DNA from: Phoronis australis
Lineage: Eukaryota; Animalia; Phoronida
Length of the DNA stretch: 64,000 nt
Direction of reading: 5' to 3'
NCBI GenBank assembly: GCA_002633005.1
Contig: NMRA01000614.1
Span: 138,974 to 202,973 of the forward strand
Shown one piece after another: positions 1-11,939 of the stretch. Within the stretch, counting starts at the first letter, position 1. The number at the start of each line of letters is the position of its first letter. The translations under genes were made by a program, and so were the position numbers. A model generated the notes under the pieces. The model had not been told where the DNA came from. It saw nothing but the letters and a program-made list of their open reading frames with translations, and did not search any database.

Positions 1-98
1 AATTTCAGATCACCCATCCACGGGAATTTGTCCAGTTTATCAAACCTCTTCACGTCTGAGGTGCAACCCACAGCACAGCAGTAATACTTCGTTGGCAT
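1..98 (-). mobile_element. N-terminus of a THAP zinc-finger ORF, likely transposon-borne; runs off the window edge
   Basis: ATG at 98 gives MPTKYYCCAVGCTSDVKRFDKLDKFPWMGDLK, a THAP-like C-x-x-x-G-C start; two degenerate homologous copies lie at ~49.5 kb and ~56.4 kb. Confidence 0.6.
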
Positions 99-1977
99 TG
101 GAAGGACGAATAGAGTAGTGCAGCCAAGAGGAGAAATCAGACAATAACAAATAACATGTAAAACTCCAGTGGCACGAAAATGAGACAGCAAACGTGCCTG
201 ACGGATGTTTACGGCACTGTGGGTAAATGCAGCGAGATTCGACTGTCTGTGTAATCCAGGACGGCCCTATTCCCGAGCTAACGCCCACCTTAGTCGGAAC
301 AATTTCAAGCTACGCCTGATCGTCAAACTTTTCACCGACACCGCCTCCTGTCGATAGGACTTTTGTATGGTTCTGTGGCTACAAGAATTGGTCCTATTTT
401 ATGCGGATCCTCTTTATGGCTCAGTGGATAATCCGGGGTTGCATCCCGTGCACACAAGAAACTGGACAATGAAGCTGGCGTTATCACATGCTTCGCTTAT
501 AATGCATGACGTTATCTGGTGAATGTTTAGATCTTGCTTTTTCGCGAGTTTCTTGTGTTTATGGAACGTAGCCAGACAATGGTCGACCTTCTGCGAAAAT
601 GCGCAGTGCTTTTTTGAGTTGTAAATTGTCCAACACTGTTGTGAAGCACAACTGTTATCATGTGTATGGTACATGTGACTTTAATATCCCGAAATAGAAA
701 TTTACCCTCGGGCTTCAGTCAGCTGACGTATGCACGACTCTTGTGACAACAACTCGGTATAACATTACATTTGAACTTTTTCTGCAAATGTTGTTGTTTG
801 TTTTGTTAAGTGTTATGATCATTGATACTCCGATCCATGAGACCCATTCATACTCGCTTATATGCAGCTGTGACCCGAGTTCAAATAATTGATTGATCGG
901 TCAATTAGACATATAGTAGATACACACTAACTGGACTACTTTATCTAGTCGTCGTTGCTGAAGATATCGCCAAACGAGATAATGTAAGTAAAATCCACCT
1001 TGTTCGAAAATAATGGCAGGTTCACTTAACTTGCTTTCTATTTTTGACGAAAATATAATGAAAGAAATTTTGTACAATTAGTATAATGTTGCGATTATGT
1101 ATCAGTATTTACTATATAGCTGGAGAAACCAGGTTATGTTCATGCTCCTTGTTTTTAAACTGATGACTGATTGGTTGGTTGGTCACTTGATTGTGTGATT
1201 GATTGGTTTATTGATGGATCGATTGATTTGTGGTGATAGTTTAACTGAGTTTTGCCATATTTTGGAAGTGGTCCAAATGACCAATGTTTAACAGGATCTT
1301 AATTGTTTGTTTGCGAAAACATAATCACGAAAGGAACATCGGTGAGCCAACTTTAAAGGACACTAAAGTTTTTAATTCTGTCACAAGGTGTCGCATAGTT
1401 AGTACATCCCATCAGAGATAACAGCATTTGCTTAGCTGTACCATCCCTTCATGAAGTTTGAAAGACTCGGTCTGGGTAGTATTTCTTCACAGTTGTCGAT
1501 TAATTCGGTCGAAGTGTTCACGATTGTTGACTGAGTAGAATTTTTAAAGAGTTTTCACTCACACTTCGAACTTTTGAGTGTTGGCGAGGGTTGAACAGAG
1601 TATTATTTTCTTCAAACATTTAAGTGATGTAGTGATACTTAACATCCTGAAAAGCTAAGGTATGGCTTAAGAATTCTCATTTTATCGTCAGAAACGACGT
1701 GCATCTTTAAAACCTTCATTGTCTGTCTTTCAGTATGCTCAGATGAATAACAAGTTTCTACAAAATGCAACGTTTTCGAGAATACAGTAACAATAAGAAT
1801 ATCTTTTAATTTATAAACAAAGTGCATGCGCAGTGACTGTTTCGTCATTTCCGGTTCCATCCATGGAACGTTTTGTAGATCATCTACGTCTGGTTTCAAA
1901 TTGTTTAAAGCTGCCCATTGGGTCCTAGCTTATAACAAAACCTCCTCCATCGGAGGATCACAGCCATTGAAAGAACG

Positions 1978-2348
1978 TTATGATGAAGATTCAATTAAAA
2001 ATTACAATAAAGCAGTGATGATGAGGATTCAAATTAAGATGCTGTAAAGACAGCTACGATGAAGGTTCAATTAAAGTTACTATGAAGGCAGCTATTATGA
2101 ATATTCAAAGTTACTATGGAGGCCGTTATGATGAGGATTCAATTAAAGGTTCTGTAAAGACAGACGTGATGAAGTTTGAATTAAAGGTGCTGTAAAGACA
2201 ATTACGATGAAAATTCAATTAAAGGTGTTGTAAAGACAGTTATGATAAAAATTCAATTAAAGGGGTTGTAAAAACAGTTATGATGAAGTTTGAAATAAAA
2301 GTTCTGCAAAGACAGTTTTGATGAGAATTCAATTAAAGGTGCTATAAG
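1978..2348. repeat. Degenerate 38-bp minisatellite, ~10 copies
   Basis: Unit ~TTATGATGAGGATTCAATTAAAGGTTCTGTAAAGACAG repeated head to tail. Confidence 0.9.
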
Positions 2349-4729
2349 CCATCGTTCTTTCACCAAATTAATTTAATTAATCGCGTTCAATTTGTTCCTT
2401 ACTAAGATAAGGCAAAAAGGAAAAGTTGGTGTTGGTCTTTTCCCAACTCATTTTGAGACCTGCACTTACCGGCTAAAAAACGTCCACCCGTATCAGAAAC
2501 CACAATCAATTATTACGTTTTTAGTCTAAGAAGTCCTCTTGGTTGGGGATAATCTTATAGTTCAATATTGCGTGAGACCAAGTTCAACATATTGGCTTGA
2601 TTCAGCTGGTTCTTTTATGCGTTGACGGAGCAGATTTTCTTGTAAAAACAACCTGCATGCTATAAGCTACCCAAGCATGGAGATAAGTCGGGAATGGATT
2701 GAAATCAGTTTCAAAATGGTAAGTTACCTAAATCACGATTATGCAGAAGTTGAATTCTACTCGTTGGTTTACAAGTCGTTGAGGTACCGGCATGGTTGCT
2801 ATCGTAGACCCAAGGCACTCGCGTTGAAAGCTAGTGTGGTCACGTGTTTCGCTGGTTACTAATGACTAAATACTTGCGTGATCTTGCGTTTTCGCGAGAT
2901 TCTTGGGTCTGAGGAACGCAGTCCAGGCGCGCGGGAGAGTTTAGATCGAGCCGAAAAAGTGCTAGATCATTTGGTGAAATCAGCTAAGAGCGGACGTGAT
3001 TTTATTTAAATTGGTTACTTTTTTATGAAGTACTGACATCATCTCTTTCGGGTTGCAGTCGACCTTGTGGTAATTTGTAGTCATAATTCACAACCTCAGT
3101 AAATAATTCATGGAGACGTCAAAACATGTAAACTAGTTTTTAATTATAGATCACTAACAGAGATCACGCACACTTCAACATTGTAGGTATCGATCTATTA
3201 AAACTGAATTAGCAAATTGAATTATATTCTGATTTTTGGAAAATGCTAATACATTTATCGTACTGAAAAACATTCCTGAGCGTTACGCTTTGGAAACGTC
3301 TGCCTCGTTCTTCACTGAACGATGCGTTAGAACTTTCATTGTACGAGTTCCTGCACCGTTGAGGTTATCAAACCCATTTATATGTTCAGTAAAACCGATG
3401 GAAAATCGAAACTAGGCCAAGGAAAATCAAATCCTGATCAGTTCAAGGATGATGGTCATTTTTCTCTTATAGTTCTACACTAGTTGCTTGGAATATTCAC
3501 TGAGTTTACATTTCAAAGGGCACTTTACTACGATCAGTTGTTGACACGAGTTTGGAATTACTCCCTTGGAACGTTTTACGTAAGTCACGAAAGTCAGTGA
3601 CTGTACTGTATGAATCAATGTTCTTTAATGACTTAATCAGTCTCCTAAGTAATTGCGGGGTAACTAAATGTAATTATCGTAGTTATGGACAGTACCCAGC
3701 GTCCAGGCAATTCGTTAATAATCGCAAACAATCGCTGCAAATTGGTCAATTTTGTCTGCGTGAAAGTCGATTAGCAGTTGGGAACCTAGAAGCATTGAAA
3801 ATGGCACGCAGCTCAGCGAGTTCTTACTCAATGCTTCCGGCTTTAGTGGGAAAATGATTTGATTTTATCCAGGCGCGTTGTAATTCCCAATCGATCACCG
3901 TGTTAAGAAGATACCCCAAAGTGTGACAACTAAAGAACATAAATTTCCTATTCATCATCCGTGCAGTTAATGTTTTGACGATTTCTTGAAGAGGTAAGAA
4001 ATTGTCTTTATTTAATTTCTAGTAAGTTACATGTACAGCTATTCTACGAGGAATTAGTTTTGTGGTAGCTATAGAGATAACAGACGAATCCAATCCAAGT
4101 CAGCGGCACGCACAACGTAGTTGCTACGTGCCTACACGTACGTTCTGTATGTCTCGTAGTATATCTCTGCCAGATACGTGTAGGATAGCCGCGTTTTAAC
4201 AGCTGGATTACAGCACAAGGAGTACGTAAGTTGAAGCTGAAGTTGCAGTTTTTTAAGTAAGGGCTTTAATTGCATTTTTGGCTGTTGTCGGAATGCACGT
4301 TCTTCGACACCTTTTACACAAGACTCAGGCTCGTTTACATGAAAAACGTAATTTTCTGATTCTCCGGAAATCTGAAAAGGGGGAATTTTTATGCTGTTTA
4401 TCCTTGGATTCATAGTTGGAATATTCATTCATATTTTAAATGATCGTTTATGAAGTAGTGTGAAAACGTACAAATTTGTTAATGATCACAAGTTCTTCTC
4501 GTGACAAAATACACGTCCAGAGTTCGTTTATACAACCGTTTTGTCACTTCGCTGGTAAACAACGATCGAAGGGTGTAATCTTCATAAAAGGTCATATTTA
4601 AGTAGCCAAAATGTGCCATAGCGATAATTTACATTGAGTATCAAGTGATCCGTGGTGGGATAGATTTCGTTCATTTCCATTATTTTGGCAAATGGGTTTG
4701 CGTTCCTAAGAATACGAAGAAATAGTGTC

Positions 4730-6760
4730 TAAGTAATCTTCAAGGAAATCGGGAGCATTTCCGCGTGTTCGCAGGGCCCTGAGCTCTGCAAGGTCTGGAG
4801 GGCATCGTTCACGTGTTCTTGGAAATGACAGACGCGGATGCAGGATCATGACCAGAAGGGGTAGACACGAGGGGGTCTTTATATTTCTCTGATACTGCGG
4901 AACACAAATAACCGAACTCTAGGATCGCTAACCCTGGATCTGTGGCTGACCGGTCACTTTTTCCATAATTAGCTCGGTTAAGTTTTCAAATGGCAAATCA
5001 TTATGGCACACACGGTGGCGTGATTCCACACTTTTCATATTCAGTTCTAGGACAAATAACACCAACTGTGCATGTAGCAATGTAATCATCTCAGTTCTTA
5101 TCATCCAATGTGAAGTTTGGATCGTTGAGGAGTAGGGCGGACCTTGTGAAAGGAGGGAAGCTCCGTCGTTTGTTTTGTTCAAAAATCTAGTGAGAAAGCG
5201 AGCAAGCTTTGTTGTCAACGCAGAAAGTCGCTTTGCTAGCATGTTGCATTCATTAGTTATTAAGTCTGACAATCTTGCTGTGGGCAGTTTTTCCAGAACA
5301 AAATAATTAATTTTTAATTCAAAAAACAGCTTTAATGAATGCAGAGCTGCTGGGTTCAGTTTCTGTTGTTTTTTCGTTTTTTTCAATAAACATTTGTTAA
5401 CTGATGCCAGATTACATGAGAGCGCAGTGAAACCTGGAAATCGTTTCAAGAAACCCCCTTCTATTGAAAGTTTTTCTCATCCAGTGACCATCATGAGTTT
5501 CGAATATACTTCCATCAGTTCTTGCTGAAGTGCCACGAAGAGAATTGAGTGCTTGTTACCCAACAGTGAAACAGTGAATGGCCAATAAAGTATGCTCTTG
5601 TAGGCAGTTTCTCAAAAAATTTTTTGTTACCTAAATTTTATGAGAGGGATTAGCTGAAATGAGTTGGTTAATTATAAAAAACAGTAATTGAATTCCATAA
5701 AATAGGAACGGAACGTGACAGCGAAGTCCCCACGAGACATGGACTCCGTTCCAGACGAGACCGTTTTGACACATCGTTGCAAATTTTATAAGCTGAGTTT
5801 TCATGTTTTGACTTGGCCTAAAGTCTGTCATTATTCAACGAGATCTGGGAAAGAGGGATTGTGGTGGAAAAGAAGGACATCCTTTCCTTTTTACTACCTC
5901 AGATGGGGCTACAGAATGACATTGCAGACGTCCCAGTACAAAAGATGCATGACTGATTGGACTATAAAGTGTATTGGGCTGCTCAATCCTCATTCGGCGC
6001 AGTTGTTGTGGCACTTCTAAATGTGTCCACCGCTGGGTTTTTCACTGTAAGGGTATATGGAGAGCTGTTAAATGAAAAATAATGGCGCTACTTTAACAAC
6101 CGTGTCCTTCCCATTTCTCGTCCGTCTTCATGTTTGTGTCCCTCTGTCTTATCAGAAGGTTCATACTTCTCATCGGCTGCCCGAGCTTCATATTAGATGA
6201 CAAGGCTTGAATCCAATGAACTTATTACACACAGCGCTCACATGCTGTGCAGTCAGAAGGCAGATCTGCCGATCGATTCTCATATGAACGCTCGTCAGAC
6301 GTCGCAATGGTCTGCCTTCTTATCGTCTGCTGCCCCNATCAGACGACAAATTGATTTCTTCTGATGACAACGAAGTCGGTTTCCCTTTTGATTCAGGTAG
6401 ACGTCCTATCTACTTTTTTAAAAACTCTCATCTGGACGCAGTGTTATCCGGATGAAATCAGCTTTGAGATAATGTTGATCTGAGTATAGCATTAATGCTC
6501 TTCTACCGCCGGTGGCGTTTATCAAGTTACGCCACTTCATTTAGAAGTCCGACACTCGGACGTGTTTTTGTTGGTTCCCATGATTGTTCTCCGGTTCTAA
6601 TTTTTATTGAGACAGTCAGACCATTGAATTTAGGAGTTTCAGTCGGACACTGAATAGTTTCCCATTGTAGATGGTTTTTGAGCAAGTTAAAATTCCATGG
6701 TTGTTAGCCACATTTCAACATTTTACGAGTTGGGCACGTTCCCATGTACGTCGGACGTTG
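4730..6760 (-). pseudogene. Decayed, probably spliced ORF of an unidentified family (possibly transposon-associated)
   Basis: Manual translation gives long protein-like stretches interrupted by stops: RPSVGLLNEVA*LDKRHRR*KSINAILRSTLS; SGTESMSRGDFAVT; TDGSIFETHDGHWMRKTF...RSFPPFTRSALLLNDP...KLNRANYGKSDRSATDPGLAILEFGYF...PPRVYPFWS*SC. An acceptor-like TTTTAG near 5631 precedes the longest block. Confidence 0.4.
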
Positions 6761-9700
6761 ATTTTCTCGGACTCGCGCGAATTTGCCAAATCTAAAATTT
6801 CTACATTCTTTCACACTGTCGGATCCAGAATTCCGTAAAGGGGGGCAACCACAGTCTTACGAAAGAAAATGGCCGCGTAAGCCCTAAGAACTGCATGGCG
6901 GTAGCGCTTTTTATTTTGGTGTCGCCCATAACGATTAAATAACTTTTTGGTTAACTACGAATGATATTTAAACCTATTGGTTCTATATTACATTTAAAAG
7001 CTCAGTATCCTGCTAGGAATGTTTATGGAGAGAATTAAGTAACAAATTGACACTTCTACAAGCATTTCACTATTTATACTTCTGAGTGAATAATAGCCTC
7101 GCTGTGATTGATAATAATATCAACCATTCTCCGACTTTATACATGTACCTCCGGCGAATACTGGAAACGTCTCTCTTAATAAATCACATGCTCTTATGTC
7201 CTGGGTCTGTCTGAAATCCATTAAATATGCCTGCGTAATAGTCGTTGGGAACTCGCACCAGGTGTACACGAAGTCTATCAAAATCAGATTGCTTTCCCCC
7301 TTATAATAACAAAATACTAAAACATGTTTATTACCTCATGGCTCACGCGTCTGGTGTATGTTTTTTCATTAGCACAGAAATTCTTCAGCGATGAATTCTG
7401 ATTTCGCGAAATGGATGCTGCACCTCCGTTGTGTCGTCATGGAGACATGCAAAGTGACAGGTTGTGTTCGTTATAACACGATAAACAACAACGTATATTG
7501 TAAAAGTTAAGTTTCTGTCACTATTTTTCCGTTCTGTTCTATTTCTGCGTTCTTCCACCGATCAATTTGCGCGAGCGTCTAGTAACATGTAAATAACCGA
7601 GTAGACAGTCTAACGAACCGCACTGGTGTTCTCATTTGCAATTCTTTTCCCATGGACACAATTCTTTTCACGAGCAGTTGCTCACGATTAACTGTTGTTC
7701 TCAAAATGAATCGGGCTCGTCAAAAGTGTGTCCGTAAAAATACAGATTTGCGATACGAAAGAAAACAAATAAAGCTCGTAAGAAAACAAATGTGTTCATG
7801 AAAAGGTAAGATGCCCTGTCCCACAAAACAGATCACTGCAGTACTCACTATGATTCTCACGCCATTCTATTCTTCCCCTCATTACGCTAAATAATGCGAT
7901 CTTTTGCCTGTTTTTCCGTCTGTGAGTGGCTATTCGAAAGACCTGTTAGGGGCATTCACGGTTTTCAACAAATGAGCTCGACTTTAGCCAAGAAATTACA
8001 TCTTGCGACACCCAATTTCTCGTCTGTTCTTATCCAACTAACGCTTTTTTAATGTTATTGTGAACGGTCCCCAGGGGCTACACGTGCAGCGTCTAATGGC
8101 TATAAACAATGAATCATTGCCTTTGTTACGTAAAGCAAGACAAGCGAACCATGTTTGTTCATTCGTCAACTGTGTCCTGTCAAGTCAACTGCAGTATATT
8201 TTCGCGGAAAACGTGTCCATTCTCACCAGTATCGATTCTGTTATAGCGCCGGACCGCATGGCACTATGTGAGTTGTAGGCTTTTTAGAAAAGAAATCGAT
8301 CTGCTGGACTTACACATATGTGCGTTTCTCATTATATCAAATTTATTGGAAATGTGTATTGTAACATGCCTGTGTTTTAAGCAATTAGGATCTTTAAGGA
8401 ACACCTGCTATGTTCATAATGTAATTTTTGCAGTCGGGTTTTGCCGGTAGAAAATTACTATTCACGTTCACAGGCATATCATTTGCTATAATATCTTTGC
8501 TGGCCAGTTTCGTACCATCGTTTCACATTTTCATAGCAAACAAGCTTTTTGATATGAAAATGTGGCATTGTTGTCAAATAAGTTGACACCACGGTGTTAA
8601 CTCGTTTCTTGTCAACTTCAGTGTGTTCACACATAGTTGGGTCGTGTCAACTCGTTCCGTATCAGCTGCTCCAGAGACTATAATTAACGTTTACTTCTCT
8701 TATCAAACGGCACAGGGATTTCAAAACTATCATTTTAGTATAGCAACTCGTCTCTTAGCTTGAGCGCAGTCTAGATACTGAGTTATCCGGACGTATAGAA
8801 CGCGGTAGCCAGTATTCTTTACTCTCGATCCGCACTGGTATTTCACTAGAAATTCTTTTCTTGATTTCTGTAGTTCCATTCAAGCAACGCATTTATTTTC
8901 TTACAAACAACATTTTCTCACAGACCACGAGTCAGTGTTTTTGGTAACAAGCTTAGTGACGATGCAATACGTCGCTGAATGTACGTGCAGTAACCTGTAG
9001 AATGTGAGAACTGCGGTTCATGAGAAGAAATGAGATATGTGATGAAGGATGTACGAAAGAAATGAAATGTGTTCATAGAAAAGAACAAATTTTTAATTCG
9101 TTTAGAGTCATACTGATTTCGATGAACATTTAACCCTGCTGTCGCCGAAATTGAATTTCCAAGAAGGCTTCGCTTTCCTCCACGTGATAAGGATCCTGCG
9201 GCTATATGCTCCTGTAAATATTCTGTTTCACGAGACAATTCTGTCTTACTATACATAAGTTTTCTTTGATTTTTAACGACAGATAATTAGGTTCCAAGGC
9301 AAATGTTGGTTCAACTCACGTACAGGCTATGCTATTAGCTCAAGTAATTACGTAACTGTCGACCTTCTGCACGACAAGCGCGTCGAGCTATTTCCCATTG
9401 TAGCTAATGGACTCTTGCTGTCTAATAATTAAATGAAAGACACTGCATATAACTTAAGTAGTGTCTCTTATGTTAGAAATACTTGGCATTACTTGACGCA
9501 CCGGCAGGCTTTCGTATTATACATCATGAATGATTTGAAAACGAGTAACGCACGCACGAGAGTAATTCCTCTACTCTCCCCGAAGACGGTCATCCTTTAT
9601 TTAGCCAGTCAAAGTAGTCTCGTCTGATTTAGCAAATTCCTTCAATAGTCATTTCAATCACGATCTAATGAAATTGTTGTACATTCACGACCAATCCTGC

Positions 9701-10331
9701 TAAAAAAATGATTGTCCTTATCTGACGAAGATCCGATCTTATTAACAGATAACGCTCCCTTGTCAGTTAAATCACGTCCGCGGTTAATCTCAAGCGCGGG
9801 TTTGCTTTAATATGCCTAAGCAACTGTTCACAATCCTTAGAAACTCCAATTAAAATGGTCGCTTACTTGTTTCAAGTTCGTTTAAAGGGTAAGTATTGTA
9901 GTCCTCAGAGAGTGTGTTTTTAAACTATTGGCACCGTCCTCTCCGAAAATCGCTTTCGCATATCCGTGCATCCAGGGTCGGTTCCGTAGAGGAAACTCGC
10001 GAGTGAGAGCTACTGAGACCACGTGCTTCGTTTTTAATGCATGACAGTATCCTGCTGTTCGTGTCAAACTCGTAAGAGACTAGTTTTCTGGAACCCTGGG
10101 TACGGAATGCCGCCGCCGTCTCGTTCATCACTCCCAAGTATGAAGCGCACAATAGTAAGCGAATACATTTCTGTGCGTAAAATGCTTTCAATAGTCTACG
10201 CGAGGAATGGGAAGTTATTTTGTGCTTAGAAAAGGTCATTTTACGTCTAATAAGGGTGTTATGCTACGCGCACCCATATCGTTGAGGGTAGCCATGTTGT
10301 CTAAGCTACTTTTTGCTACAAGCCGGGCGTG

Positions 10332-10472
10332 CGTTCAGTAGACGCTAGGACCTACGCTAGGACCTAGCTGAAATCTAGTCAACACCACGTGTTCTCATTT
10401 AAAATACACGGCAATAATTCTAGTAATCTCGCGAAGTCTTGCTTTATAGCGAGGTCCTAGCGTTACTGAACG
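10332..10472. mobile_element. Short MITE with ~21-bp terminal inverted repeats; related inverted copy at ~35531-35645
   Basis: CGTTCAGTAGACGCTAGGACCT ... AGGTCCTAGCGTTACTGAACG. Confidence 0.7.
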
Positions 10473-10479
10473 GGAGGCA

Positions 10480-10752
10480 GGGCTCTGTTTCATGAAAAGT
10501 GACATATGGCTTTTAAGTCAGTTGTGTGCTCAAGTTGTGTGCGCAAGAGCCAATTTTTAAGACAAAAATTGGGTCTTGAGCAAGTAACTGCCTGGCTAAA
10601 TGTGTACAAAATTTTCAATGTGCAGCAATTATGGGTATATTGTCAGATACTTTAATCGCTTAGTAAAGTGAATAATAATTATTTCCCAGAAATTGTTGTA
10701 TGGAGCTTAAGACCAAATTTTTGTCTTAAGCTATTTTCACGAACCAAACCCC
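10480..10752. mobile_element. PIF/Harbinger-like MITE; related copy at ~15308-15570
   Basis: GGGCTCTGTTTCATGAAAAG ... TTTTCACGAACCAAACCC imperfect TIRs; the same left end (GGGGTCTGTTTTATGAAAAGTGAC) recurs at 15308. Confidence 0.55.
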
Positions 10753-11334
10753 AGTTTCCAAGATTGGTGCCGATTTCTCTCAGTCCGTCGGCGAGCTTCT
10801 TAGTGAGGGCTCTATTGACTGTGTGGGTAAATGGTAAGTTGCAAACTATATCATACATGAAAATTCAATTAATTTTGACTTTTGCCTGGGGATGGCATTC
10901 ACTCAACGACTTCGGAAACAACACTGACGGTGAAATAAAGTACGAGCACCGATAAGTACGCATAGTGTAACGTCCCTATCCAACGTTGAACGAGCATTTC
11001 TACGTGCAGAATAACCTATTCTATGCATACAATAACCGCATTTGTATGCTAGTTTTTGTACTGGCATCTTATTAACAACATTAATTTGACTTCTTGCTAT
11101 TTATATTGTTGCTGTGTTCCCATGTACTTCAGAGTCACAGGAATCTGTTTCAGGAATTATTTTCATGAATACGTTGTGTTCGCTTGCGATCGAGAATGCC
11201 AGCAAGTTCGGTAGCCTCAGCCGACAGCTCTTGTATGACATCTGTGGCACTCAACTTGATCATTCAATAAATAAACGATAGGTTTATGAAGTGTTAAGGA
11301 GTTCATAAACGGGTACCTTTCTGCAGGTAGAATT

Positions 11335-11575
11335 GTGCTTAATTTACGGGTGCTTTTGCCTAATCTACGCGTTCTTCTGTTTAATCTACACGTACTTTTG
11401 CTTAATCTACGCGTATCTTTAGTTCTTAAATGATCATCGTTCTGCTCTTAATCAACAAAGTTAACGGCGTCATCATTTAAGTGGTCAGTGGATCAGAATC
11501 TGCAACTAACAGTACGCGTAGATTAAGCAAAAGTACGCGTAAATAAAGCAAAAGTATGCGCAGAAAAGTACTCGT
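11335..11575. mobile_element. Foldback-type element with inverted arrays of a 21-bp subrepeat
   Basis: Left arm repeats TACTTTTGCTTAATCTACGCG; right arm repeats the reverse complement CGCGTAGATTAAGCAAAAGTA. Confidence 0.65.
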
Positions 11576-11823
11576 TGGCGCTTGGCGCGTCATATAGAAT
11601 ACCGTACCACCAACAGCAGCGCGAGAGAGCTTCGTCTTCGGATCTGAATCGAATAAACAAACCTCTAAGTCATGAATAAATCTTCCTGGCATTGATCCTG
11701 CGAAATTTGATGGAATTCAGAATAACGGCAAATTTATTATCTTAAAGCAAAAAATCCCAGTACATGTGTGCCTGAAAAAATATTGGGATTGTTTCAAGTA
11801 ATTTTCACATGGGAAAGGCACTT

Positions 11824-11824
11824 G

Positions 11825-11866
<42 letters not shown>

Positions 11867-11939
11867 AGGTGTGCGTGTACGCGTGCCTACGTGCATGCGT
11901 CCGTATGCACGTGCGTTAGTATATGTGTGGGTGTGTTTG
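11824..11939. repeat. (GT)n/(GCGT)n microsatellite
   Basis: gtgtgtgtgtgtgtgcgtgcgtgcgtgcg with a degenerate continuation. Confidence 0.9.

Noticed and set aside
4928-5449. 173-aa ORF as a real protein
   Set aside because: TTG start and no recognisable motifs; the more protein-like signal is in a different, stop-interrupted frame.
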